This document shows, in pieces, positions 50,003 through 59,413 of a DNA stretch of 59,413 nucleotides. The notes below the pieces were generated by a model. The model saw nothing but the letters and a program-made list of their open reading frames with translations. It had not been told where the DNA came from and made no database searches. This stretch comes from Candidatus Calditenuaceae archaeon HR02 (GTDB taxonomy: Archaea > Thermoproteota > Nitrososphaeria_A > Caldarchaeales > Calditenuaceae). A program made the translations under genes and the position numbers. The stretch lies in the NCBI GenBank assembly GCA_002898395.1, contig BEHE01000013.1, positions 1-59,413 on the forward strand. The letters run 5' to 3'. Position 1 is the first letter of the stretch; every line of letters begins with the position of its first letter.

Positions 50003-50925
50003 TGGCTGTAATCATTGATGCGAAGCCCCTTTTCCAGAGGATTAGAGAGGAGGTGAGGTCAGAGGTCTCAAAGCTTAAAGATGCTGGAATAACGGTTGGT
50101 CTAGCAGCCATCCTCGCAGAGGACGACCCTACCTCTAAGCTCTACGTGTCTAAGAAGGTGAAGGACTGCGCGAAAACAGGGATTTACAGTGAGGTTTGGG
50201 AGATTTACAGGCATCCTCCCGCCTCGAGGGAGAGAGAGCTTATAAAACTCATCCGCGAATTAAACTTGAGACACGACATAACTGGTATTCTGGTGCAGCT
50301 GCCTCTGCCACATTACATGGACCTCTACCGGGTCTTGGCATGCGTGTCTCCTGAAAAGGATGTCGATGGCCTCACACCATTCAATAAAGGTATATGGATG
50401 AGCAGCTACGATCCCCGGAAGAACCTACTGCCCTGCACTGCAATAGGAATCCTAGACCTTCTTGATCACTACCGGATCGACGTCTCAGGAATGTTGGTGG
50501 TTATAGTGGGGAGGAGTGAACTTGTCGGTAAGCCCCTCCACAAACTGCTACTAGATAGGGATGCAACCCCAGTCTGTGTCCACCGTAAAAGCAGAAGGGC
50601 TGCTGAGTTGATAGCAGAGGCGGACATGGTGATATGCGCGGTGGGCCGCCCCCCAGAGCTCTGCCACGTTGACCCCTTCAAGCTTACGGGAGACATGATA
50701 AGGGAGGGGGCCATAGTCATTAACGTCGGCATAAGAAGAGATGATGAGGGGAATGTCTACTACGATGTCGACTTCGAGAGTGTGTGCGATAAAGCATCCT
50801 ACGTCACCAAGAACGAGACTGTAGGATACATGACGAGGGCTTGGCTCCTCAAAAACACGGTAATAGCCGCGCGAATCTTCGGTGAAAAGCTCGGAAGAGA
50901 AAAGATACACCAACTAAACAGGTAA
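50002..50925 (+). CDS. folD: Methylene-THF dehydrogenase/cyclohydrolase
   Basis: YVSKK, GILVQLPLP, KDVDG, PCT, GRSELVGKP. Confidence 0.92.
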   Translation: MAVIIDAKPLFQRIREEVRSEVSKLKDAGITVGLAAILAEDDPTSKLYVSKKVKDCAKTGIYSEVWEIYRHPPASRERELIKLIRELNLRHDITGILVQLPLPHYMDLYRVLACVSPEKDVDGLTPFNKGIWMSSYDPRKNLLPCTAIGILDLLDHYRIDVSGMLVVIVGRSELVGKPLHKLLLDRDATPVCVHRKSRRAAELIAEADMVICAVGRPPELCHVDPFKLTGDMIREGAIVINVGIRRDDEGNVYYDVDFESVCDKASYVTKNETVGYMTRAWLLKNTVIAARIFGEKLGREKIHQLNR

Positions 50926-51136
50926 CAACATAAATGAAGCCCATAATATATCGTTAGTAGGCAAACGTCCCGTTATTGTCTTTAACGCTAAGCTTATTGT
51001 GAGGTACCTTGAGCATGCTAGGCCTGTCCCGGATTAGACGGCTTTTAGAGTCGGTGAGCGGGCCTGCGACTCATGTTTATTATCTTTCTAAAAGGTTGGC
51101 GGGATAGGGGATGGAATGCATGTCTGAGACATACGC

Positions 51137-51389
51137 GAGGCTGGCCCATGGTCACGGGGTCCGCATAAGGTTCGTCAAGCATGAAGAGGCTCTTCAAACG
51201 CCGGGCCTCATAAAGCTAGCAGCCAAGGTGCTTTCAGACACACCAATACTACAGGTCGTCGAGATAGACGCGCAGCTAGATGGAGGCCCACATGTCAAAA
51301 ACACCTCCGTGGTCGGTAACATACTCATGAAAACGGTCTAGAACAAGGTCAAATCCAACAGAAGACTATTCTTCACCCTCAACCCCTAG
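51137..51389 (+). pseudogene. Degenerate duplicate of the alaX 3' end
   Basis: IDAQLDGGPHVKNTS...V*NKVKSNRRLFFTLNP* mirrors about 36820-37085. Confidence 0.85.
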
Positions 51390-51447
51390 GGAGGCAGCCT
51401 CGCTTCTAAAGGCATTAAGCCTTCCTGCAATCCTGCAGGAAGACTTA

Positions 51448-52542
51448 ATGCCCAATACCACAAGAGTGAATCGCGTGAATCTGGAGTCTCTTCTAAGGTT
51501 CAACATGGGACTCGGAACGTTACCGATAATAACTGATGGAGAGACTCGCTCAATATCGCCCGAAAACCCTACAGGTGAGAAGGGGGGCGGTGCAAGAGCA
51601 GAGCCAACACCTGAAGGCCCAGCCTCACTGCTCGGTAAGGGGTGGAAGGCTAGACCATGCATAACATTAGAGGCAGGGAGTGTTACGACTATCGCAGAGA
51701 TCGAGGGATGCGGGCTGATTCAGCACATTTGGATGACTGTCAGCGAGCAGGCCTATAGGTCCTGCATCCTCAGGATGTACTGGGATGGTGAGCCTAATCC
51801 ATCGGTTGAGGCGCCGCTGGCCGACTTCTTCTGCTGCGGCCATGGCCTCAGATACGAGGTTAACTCCTTCCCAATAGTCGTTAACCCTGTAGGTGGTTTC
51901 AACTCCTACTTCCCAATGCCCTTCAGACGGAAAGCAGTCGTTACAATCGAGAACCAGCTCGAAAGCCACATACCCGGCTTCTACTACCAGGTCACATATA
52001 CACTATTACCAGATCTGCCCGGGCAGGTCGGATACTTCCACGCCCAGTGGAGAAGAAGTATGACGACTAGGGAGCGACCTGAGCACGTCATCCTAGATGG
52101 CGTTAGGGGCAGAGGCCACTATGTAGGAACCTTCCTAGCCTGGACACAGCTCTCCAACGGATGGTGGGGTGAGGGTGAGATCAAATTCTACATAGACGGA
52201 GACACGGAATATCCGACAATCTGCGGTACAGGGACTGAGGACTACGTAGGAGGGGCGTGGGGCTTCGGCGGCAAAACATACTCGACACTCTTCCTCGGAT
52301 ACCCACTAAGAAAAGCAGACCCCGGCGAGGTCCCGAGACACTGCCTCTACAGGTTCCACATCTTAGACCCCATAAGATTCAAACAAGACATTAAGGTCAC
52401 GATACAGGCCCTGGGCTGGTGGCCCAACCACAGGTTCCAGCCACTAACCGACGACATAGCATCAATGGCATATTGGTACCAGACGGAACCACATGCCAAG
52501 TTCCCAGAAATCGCGCCACTCCAGCAAAGATGGCCCAGATAG
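51448..52542 (+). CDS. DUF2961 / GH172-family glycoside hydrolase
   Basis: RSISPENPTGEKG, IQHIWMT, WWGEGEIKF, GTGTEDY, YWYQ. Confidence 0.88.
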   Translation: MPNTTRVNRVNLESLLRFNMGLGTLPIITDGETRSISPENPTGEKGGGARAEPTPEGPASLLGKGWKARPCITLEAGSVTTIAEIEGCGLIQHIWMTVSEQAYRSCILRMYWDGEPNPSVEAPLADFFCCGHGLRYEVNSFPIVVNPVGGFNSYFPMPFRRKAVVTIENQLESHIPGFYYQVTYTLLPDLPGQVGYFHAQWRRSMTTRERPEHVILDGVRGRGHYVGTFLAWTQLSNGWWGEGEIKFYIDGDTEYPTICGTGTEDYVGGAWGFGGKTYSTLFLGYPLRKADPGEVPRHCLYRFHILDPIRFKQDIKVTIQALGWWPNHRFQPLTDDIASMAYWYQTEPHAKFPEIAPLQQRWPR

Positions 52543-53493
52543 AATTAGGACGCAGCATCAAGGGATGCTAGGGAAGGCCTCAGACTCTACTTACTCCTCC
52601 GGCGGACAGTGCATAGTTTCACACCCCTAACCCAGATTCAGGCTCCGTAGGGATACCTGTACCGCAGCGGCCTAAAAACTTCCTGACAACCTCTATCACC
52701 CATGCATATCTCTAACGGTCCGACCGGCGAGGCGAAGGCTCCTATAACTACTCAGCACATGGCTAGTGGGCGGCCCCTTAAAGTCAACAATCCTTATCAC
52801 GCCGAGCACAAAGCCATTGGACAGCAAACATATCCTTCTGCCAACCTTATCGGCGGGAGGAGCCTAGACCTAATCTCCCACTATGATCAACTCCGCATAA
52901 GGCTGCTTGACAATGAACCCGTCCATAATCGTCTACCCCCCAGAGAAAGCGGAAACTAGTAAACATTCTCAAACCTATGTTCCCAGAATAGTTCGCAGCA
53001 CTGGCCGGCGAAGGGATGAAGTGCACCATAATAGATGAGCCCACAAATACACCTAGACTTGGTGAAGGAGAGTAGGATCGTAAAACCCCTATCGAGCCCC
53101 AGAAGAGAGCGGGGACCACTACCATAGGCAGTAATAGTGACCTGCTACAGGAAAGTGGAGGAAGCCGCGGACCAACTATACGAGCTCACGAGAAGACAGA
53201 GGTACTTACACACTACAATAGCCGAGCTACCCCCAGCTACTATAACCTGCCAACTCTTAACAACTTTGACTAGATACTCCTTCAATTCCTCTTCGGATTC
53301 AAGTGGAGTAGCTGAATCTGGACTTCGCGGTTATAAAGAGCTGATAGATAACGTGTATAATAATCTAGGGCGTAAGATAGAAGATAGGAAGATAGATAAA
53401 ATGTTGAGAATTTTCGCGACTTGTTGATTAGTAAAAGATATGATTTTGAACAAAGCTTAAATATATCTACAACGATGTACACTACGCGGTGAT

Positions 53494-54846
53494 TTGACTC
53501 AACGTAGGTCTCCAAGTATGAGATTTGTCTTAGCGGTTGTTCTCGTTGCCGTTATAGTAGTAGCTATTGGTGTTGCGCTTCTAGTTGGAATGCAGAGGCC
53601 AGCAGAGAAGATTAAGATCGAGTGGTGGGATGAGTGGGGTGAGGCTCGGCTAAAGTGGGCTGAAGAGATGGAGGCCGCGTATGAGAGAGCTCACCCCGAC
53701 GTGGATATAGTAATTGTTGAGTTCGCCTCTGACGAGGAGTTTAAGACAAAGTTTGAGTCGGCGATAGCTGCCGGTCAGCCACCCGCGGTCTTCAGGACCC
53801 TTGGCGGGGGTATTCTGAAATCCTATGTAGATGGGGGGCATGTCGAAGATCTAACAGCCCTACTGAACGAGGAATGGGCCGTGCGTCAGATACCAAGAAC
53901 CATGCTTAGACAGTCAACCTGGAACGGAAGACACTACGCGGTGCCCTTCGACCTCTGGGCTGGGCACTTCTACATAAACAGGGAACTTTTCGAGAGGGCC
54001 GGGGTACAGATTCCGCCGATAACAACTACTTGGACATGGGATGAGTTTAAGGATGCCATAAGGAAATTCAAGGAGGCCGGAATAATACCCATTGCGGTAG
54101 GTGGCAAAGATAAGTGGGAATTATCGTTCTACTACATGTATATAGTAGATAGACTAGCGGGATCGGATGCGTTTAGAAAGACGATAAACAGGGCCCCAGG
54201 GTACAGCTTCACCGACGAGCACTGGGTGAGGGCTGGATACCTTTTCAAGGAGATTGTAGACCTAGGTGCATTCCAGGAGGGATTCATCGGTGCTAGTTAT
54301 GATGAGGCCCAGAACCTATTCTTCACGGGAAAGGCGGCTATGTGGCTCCAAGGGCCTTGGATCCTTGGTGACCTCTTTGCCTCGTTCCCAGATTTTCCGA
54401 TAGATATCATCAACTTCCCCACAGTACCGGGGGGCAAGGGAGACCCGACTATGCTATTAGGTGCAGTCCAGCACCATTATGCAATCGCTAAGAATATACC
54501 TGACAACGTGAAAAAAGTAGCCTATGACTTCCTTAGATTCATCTGTAAAGAAGAGAATGTCATTAGGTATGCGGAACTGAGCGCCTCACCTCTAGCGCAG
54601 AATGTTAGGGTCCCGACAGAGCATTATCCCGCAGTACTGGTGAAGGTGATTGAGTCGACATCGAGGGCGAGCTGGCTACAAATGGCTTATGACGAGTATT
54701 CTCCGCCAAAGTTTGCTCAAGTGCACCTTGACTCGCTAGCCGCTGTGGCAGCGGGTACAATGACGCCGGAGCAAATGGCTGAGGCGCAGGAGCGCGTGGC
54801 AAGGGAGCTTGCAGAACAGGGGATTCTGCCACTTGAGGAGGTCTAG
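53494..54846 (+). CDS. Sugar ABC substrate-binding protein
   Basis: N-terminal TM, YAVP, TWDEF, FFTGKAAM. Confidence 0.9.
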   Translation: MTQRRSPSMRFVLAVVLVAVIVVAIGVALLVGMQRPAEKIKIEWWDEWGEARLKWAEEMEAAYERAHPDVDIVIVEFASDEEFKTKFESAIAAGQPPAVFRTLGGGILKSYVDGGHVEDLTALLNEEWAVRQIPRTMLRQSTWNGRHYAVPFDLWAGHFYINRELFERAGVQIPPITTTWTWDEFKDAIRKFKEAGIIPIAVGGKDKWELSFYYMYIVDRLAGSDAFRKTINRAPGYSFTDEHWVRAGYLFKEIVDLGAFQEGFIGASYDEAQNLFFTGKAAMWLQGPWILGDLFASFPDFPIDIINFPTVPGGKGDPTMLLGAVQHHYAIAKNIPDNVKKVAYDFLRFICKEENVIRYAELSASPLAQNVRVPTEHYPAVLVKVIESTSRASWLQMAYDEYSPPKFAQVHLDSLAAVAAGTMTPEQMAEAQERVARELAEQGILPLEEV

Positions 54847-55780
54847 CCTAGAGACGAAGCTTGAATCACAAACAACCACATTTTTTATCCTCAAAAAGTT
54901 AAGATACTTCATAGACAGGCAAGCAGGTCTACTGATGTCTCTCCCGGCCCTTATCTTTGCAATCCTCTTTATCCTCTATCCGCTAGCCCAAATGTTCTAT
55001 CTCAGCTTATTCAGATGGAACTTCGTCAGCCCGAATATGTTCTTTGTGGGTCTGGAGAATTTCGCGAGGATGTTCTTCAACGACCCGGTCTATCTTCGCT
55101 CGCTACTTAACGTATTATTGCTTGCAGCCCAGTCTTCAGCTATTCAGATCCCCATCGGTGTAGCCATGGCCACCATTATAATCAGGCATAGGCGCGTTGG
55201 AAGGGCGATCTGGGCGATAATCTTCCTACCTTACGTCATATCGTCTGTAGCCGTATCGCTTATCTGGACATGGATGTATAATCCATACTTCGGTTCTGTT
55301 AACGGATTTTTACAGTTCATCGGTCTAGGATTTCTAGCGCGGCCGTGGCTTAGCGATATTAACACCGCTCTCATAGCGATATTCGGGACGGTCAACTGGA
55401 TCTACATAGGGTTAACAACGACCATGATTATCGCCACTTTGAGGAGTATTCCGCCAAGTATATTCGAGTCTGCGCGAATAGACGGCCTCTCAGGCTTTCA
55501 AGAGTTTCGAAAAATAACTCTCCCACTCTTAAAAGAGCTTATAGTCGTGCTCGTCATCATCGACATTGCAGGGGCCTTTAAGTTCTTTGACCTCATCTGG
55601 GTCATGACGCAGGGGGGTCCAAGCGATACCACACACGTTACTACGACGTGGCTGTACAGAGCTGCATTCCGCGCCTCAGAGCCTGGATACGGCGCCGCAA
55701 TAGGTGTTACCATATTCATTTTCAGTTTCGTCATTGTGCAGCTGCTAATAAAGTTCACCCGCTCGCGGCTAACGAGGTGA
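54809..55780 (+). CDS. Sugar ABC permease (true start probably near 54860)
   Basis: FVGLENF, ESARIDG, VMTQGGP. Confidence 0.92.
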   Translation: MQNRGFCHLRRSSLETKLESQTTTFFILKKLRYFIDRQAGLLMSLPALIFAILFILYPLAQMFYLSLFRWNFVSPNMFFVGLENFARMFFNDPVYLRSLLNVLLLAAQSSAIQIPIGVAMATIIIRHRRVGRAIWAIIFLPYVISSVAVSLIWTWMYNPYFGSVNGFLQFIGLGFLARPWLSDINTALIAIFGTVNWIYIGLTTTMIIATLRSIPPSIFESARIDGLSGFQEFRKITLPLLKELIVVLVIIDIAGAFKFFDLIWVMTQGGPSDTTHVTTTWLYRAAFRASEPGYGAAIGVTIFIFSFVIVQLLIKFTRSRLTR

Positions 55781-55789
55781 CTGGCAGGT

Positions 55790-56641
55790 ATGAATGTTTC
55801 TAGAAAAATGGTTTTGAGGAGGCGTGCGAGGTTATTTGGATTAGCAGTTGTCTTGTTGATCATCTCAATCATAATGATTTATCCCCTATTCTGGACACTG
55901 GTTACGGCCTTTAAAACCAACAGAGAGCTCTTTCTAGACCCATGGGGCCTACCAAGTAACCCCAGCTTCGAGAATTTCCTTAAGGCCATCGACAGGGGTA
56001 ACATGGGCACAGCCATTGTGAATAGCCTCATAGTATCTCTCGGCTCGGTGTTCTTGATCTCCATTATAGCGCCTATGGCTGCATATGCCACGTCGCGTAT
56101 CGATTTCAGGTTGCGAAGCGCCGTATCAAATCTACTCATAGCCGGCTTCTTCATAGCACCTCATGCAGTCCTTGTGCCGCTTCTCCTCCTCCTGAGGGAT
56201 ATGGGGCTGGTCGATACACACATTGGGCTGATTCTCTCGTATGTGGGCTGGAACCTGCCGTTTGCGATACTCTTCATGAAGGCATTTTTCGTCTCGATAC
56301 CCGGCAGTATACAGGACTCAGCACGCATAGATGGTCTGTCAAAATACATGATGTATAGTAAGATAATGCTGCCCTTAGCCTTACCAACTATTCTAACTGT
56401 CGCCATTATTATGTTCATCGGCATCTGGAACGATTTCCTCTTCGCCTTCATCTTCCTGCGCTCTCCCAGCAATTTCACTGTGCCGATCAATTTGCTGAAC
56501 TTCACAACAGGCAGGTATGGAAACGACTACGTTGCCCAGAGCGCCGCGGTGCTGATCTCTGCGGTACCGACTATCACTCTCTACCTCGTCTTTGCTGAGA
56601 GGATACGTAGAGGTGTTTCTTTCGTGACCTTCGGCCGCTAA
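55790..56641 (+). CDS. Sugar ABC permease
   Basis: NSL.VS, DSARIDG, WNDFL. Confidence 0.92.
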   Translation: MNVSRKMVLRRRARLFGLAVVLLIISIIMIYPLFWTLVTAFKTNRELFLDPWGLPSNPSFENFLKAIDRGNMGTAIVNSLIVSLGSVFLISIIAPMAAYATSRIDFRLRSAVSNLLIAGFFIAPHAVLVPLLLLLRDMGLVDTHIGLILSYVGWNLPFAILFMKAFFVSIPGSIQDSARIDGLSKYMMYSKIMLPLALPTILTVAIIMFIGIWNDFLFAFIFLRSPSNFTVPINLLNFTTGRYGNDYVAQSAAVLISAVPTITLYLVFAERIRRGVSFVTFGR

Positions 56642-57726
56642 ACTATTAACTGTTCTGTTTTTTTGTCGAATATGTGTAATTTCTCTACAAGGAGTTTACA
56701 ATAGGCTTTATCCCCAACACGAAGACCTATTGAGGGCGGGGTCTGAGCCACAAGCAGCACATCATCAATCTGAAGCGTGACGAATGAGAGATTACCTATA
56801 TTCTCGATAAGATATGTTGTGGCCTCTATGAACCCCTCCCTCTTTATCGTCGAGACCAGAATATCCTCTGGCCTTATGCCTACTAACAACTCAGAGGTCG
56901 AAGCATTTTGCTTAATAACTTCAGCCAGAGAATCCGGTATATCGATATCGAAGCTCCCGGCAGCAAGTCTCGGATTTTTATCAATTACGAAGCCCGCATC
57001 AAAGATGTTCATCTTCGGGCTGCCAACGAACTCTGCTACAAATCTATTGGCCGGTCTACTGTATATCTCGTTTGGTGTCCCAATCTGTTGAACTTTCCCG
57101 TTTTTCATCACAGCTATCTTGTCAGCCATAACCATAGCCTCAACTTGGTCGTGGGTCACGTAGATAGTTGTTGTCTTAAGGCGTTCATGAAGCTTTTTGA
57201 GCTCCCCCCTCATCCTAGCCCTCAGTGCTGCATCAAGGTTTGAGAGCGGCTCGTCCATCAGGAAGACTGAGGGCTCCCTAACTATCGCCCGTCCAAGCGC
57301 TACACGTTGCTGCTCCCCCCCACTAAGCTGGCCAGGCTTCCTCTCTAATAGATGCTTGATTCCTAGAAGCTCGGCTACCTCCAGAACCTTCCTCCTTATT
57401 TCGTCCCTAGGGACTTTACGTATCTGGAGGTTCAAAGCTATGTTATCGAATACCTTCATGTGGGGGTATAGGGCGTAGTCTTGGAACACCATCGCAACAC
57501 GTCTATCTTTAGGCTCCAGCTCGTTTACGACCTCACCATCAAAAAATATTAAGCCACTTGTAGGCTTCTCGAGCCCCGCTATGAGCCTAAGAGTCGTGGT
57601 TTTTCCACAGCCGGATGGTCCAAGGAGTACCATGAATTCACCGTCATTGACCTGGAGGTCCACATTGTCGACAGCTTTCGTCTCACCAAAGTATTTGCAC
57701 ACTCTATCTAGTTTGACTTCTGTCAC
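56638..57726 (-). CDS. MalK-family sugar ABC ATPase
   Basis: GPSGCGKTT, VFQDYALYPH, LSGG, YVTHDQVEA. Confidence 0.95.
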   Translation of the reverse strand: MTEVKLDRVCKYFGETKAVDNVDLQVNDGEFMVLLGPSGCGKTTTLRLIAGLEKPTSGLIFFDGEVVNELEPKDRRVAMVFQDYALYPHMKVFDNIALNLQIRKVPRDEIRRKVLEVAELLGIKHLLERKPGQLSGGEQQRVALGRAIVREPSVFLMDEPLSNLDAALRARMRGELKKLHERLKTTTIYVTHDQVEAMVMADKIAVMKNGKVQQIGTPNEIYSRPANRFVAEFVGSPKMNIFDAGFVIDKNPRLAAGSFDIDIPDSLAEVIKQNASTSELLVGIRPEDILVSTIKREGFIEATTYLIENIGNLSFVTLQIDDVLLVAQTPPSIGLRVGDKAYCKLLVEKLHIFDKKTEQLIV

Positions 57727-57736
57727 TTTCTCCCCC

Positions 57737-58981
57737 CTATCCAGCTAGCTCATCCACATTCTCCTTAATCTTCTCTATAGCTGCTACTATCATGTCCAAA
57801 GCTTCCTTCTCACCGAGCAGAACATAATGTAATAACGTTACTTCCTGCCTTGTGAACTCCTCTGCACCAGGCAGATACATTTTATCGTAATTAGGATATT
57901 CTATACCCGGCGGCATGACTTCGAGGAAAGCTTCGCGGCTGAAGGCCTTCTGTTTGTAGAGAGGCATTCCATATCCGATATCGGCTGGAACACCCTCCGC
58001 CCTGAGAGCCTCTATGAATCGCTGCTTAGAGAGGCCTCCAAACTCCTCTGGATTGTATCTGAAGACGAAGTAGTAGTAGCCACGCTTAGTCACACCTTCC
58101 TCCATCTTCTGGGGCTCAACACCCTTAATTCTCTTCAAGCGGTCTGCGAGATATGCGCCGTTCCTGTGCTTCCTCTCTACTTGTTCCTTGAACTCGTCAA
58201 GCTTAGCTAAGAGAAGTGCTGCTTGAAACTCTGTCATCCTGTAGTTTGAGGCAAGAATGTAATGCTCATAACCCGGCCTACCTACAACTCTACCTATATT
58301 GTGTATCAGTCTTGCCTTATTGGCGTATTCGTCATTATCGGTTAGGACAATTCCTCCCTCACCGGCGGTAAGCGACTTACTTTCTTGAAACGAGAAGCCT
58401 CCCATATCACCTATAGCCCCAACCCTTCTACCCCTCCATTCCGAACCATGTGCGTGGGCGCAGTCCTCAATGAGTTTTATCCCACGCCTGGCTAGAAAGG
58501 GTTTCAGCTCGTCGAAGTTCACTGGGTTACCTCCATAATGAACCGCAACCACCGCCCTTACTCCATCCTCCTGCTCTACAATATCTCTAACTGATCGTGG
58601 CGAGATATTCCCTGTTTCCGGGTCGATATCCGCAAAAATGGGTATGGCCCCGAGCTCTGTGGCTGCTGATGCCGATGCAATAAAGGTGACCGCCGGTACT
58701 ACGAGCTTATCACCCTGCTTAACCCCTACTGTCTTCATGGCAAGTTCCAGAGCAACGGTTCCATTAGCCACAGCTATTCCATGTTTTGCGTGATGATACT
58801 CTGCGAACATGTTCTCGAAAAGCTCCGCCCTCGATCCTGGGTAAATCCTACACCACCTCCTGCTCTCGAGGACCTCAATGAGCGCCTGCCTCTCCTTTTC
58901 ACTATAAGTAGGCCAAGGAGGGATGAGTTTAGACAAATCTTCCGCTACTGGATTCCCACCCTTAATAGCTAGGCGAGGCAA
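57737..58981 (-). CDS. DegT/DnrJ/StrS PLP aminotransferase
   Basis: NGTVAL, IEDCAHAHG, SFQESK..TAGEGG, NYRMTEFQAA. Confidence 0.92.
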   Translation of the reverse strand: MPRLAIKGGNPVAEDLSKLIPPWPTYSEKERQALIEVLESRRWCRIYPGSRAELFENMFAEYHHAKHGIAVANGTVALELAMKTVGVKQGDKLVVPAVTFIASASAATELGAIPIFADIDPETGNISPRSVRDIVEQEDGVRAVVAVHYGGNPVNFDELKPFLARRGIKLIEDCAHAHGSEWRGRRVGAIGDMGGFSFQESKSLTAGEGGIVLTDNDEYANKARLIHNIGRVVGRPGYEHYILASNYRMTEFQAALLLAKLDEFKEQVERKHRNGAYLADRLKRIKGVEPQKMEEGVTKRGYYYFVFRYNPEEFGGLSKQRFIEALRAEGVPADIGYGMPLYKQKAFSREAFLEVMPPGIEYPNYDKMYLPGAEEFTRQEVTLLHYVLLGEKEALDMIVAAIEKIKENVDELAG

Positions 58982-59413
58982 AACAAGCCCACCCTATATC
59001 ACTACAATAGCCCCACCCCCTTCGTAGCATATAAACCTCCCCACATCTCAAATAAATCAAGAATGTAGAGTTAAACCGACGCAAGTGGATAGGGTTTATC
59101 CAAACTCTCTTGGCGCTCCAAACGACATGAAGTGATTCCTTAGCCTAACAATAGTAACCTAAAAGACTCTCCATCCTAACAACAAGAACTAAGAGCCTTC
59201 TCATTTTGGGCCTCGATTGGATGGATAAATGCTTCGACGGCCTGTCGACAGCTTAAGGGAGATAATCGAGCAAGGTTTAAACGAGGTGGATAAATTAGTT
59301 TGTTCACGGAATTTGGCACTGTCAACCAGGTATTACACCTCCTTCTCCAATTACGTTCAGGAGTGAGTTGTGGATCAGAGCTATTGCACTCACCAACTCT
59401 TCTAGGCTCTTGA

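Noticed and set aside
52560-53430. Short ORFs between GH172 and the sugar SBP
   Set aside because: No recognisable motifs; probably pseudogene debris.
59000-59413. Terminal region with a possible IS end (TAAGAGCCTTCTCATTTTGG)
   Set aside because: No partner repeat or transposase visible within the window.

Overview
Archaeal chromosomal window, probably from a thermophilic Thermoproteota/Aigarchaeota-like lineage (inferred from rpS6e, aIF5B, archaeal GluRS and an arcadin-1 homolog). Housekeeping blocks (gcvH, gltX, ychF, infB, rps6e, alaX, a 12-gene purine/folate cluster, three ABC systems) are interleaved with many decayed mobile-element pieces (IS5, IS1595, IS607/TnpB, TA pairs, Hjc and TopA fragments). 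Two signals stand out. (1) There are two divergent copies of a compact (~283 aa) IS110/TasR-like RuvC-coiled-coil-Nop/Tnp protein (5252-6103 +; 17588-18448 -). Each is overlapped at its 3' end by a conserved ~155-nt hairpin whose symmetric internal loop holds two ATGTC-N9-AAY cassettes. The N9 segments are the main variable blocks between copies, which makes this a candidate dual-guide RNA-programmed nuclease or recombinase. (2) Directly upstream of the intact copy lies a ~1.15-kb GC-rich, densely base-paired, apparently non-coding region (3940-5087) with G-U pairs and tetraloops favouring a + strand RNA. It is preceded by a palindrome array and followed by an unannotated 51-aa membrane ORF. 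All assignments were made by eye from motifs; no searches or folding computations were run.
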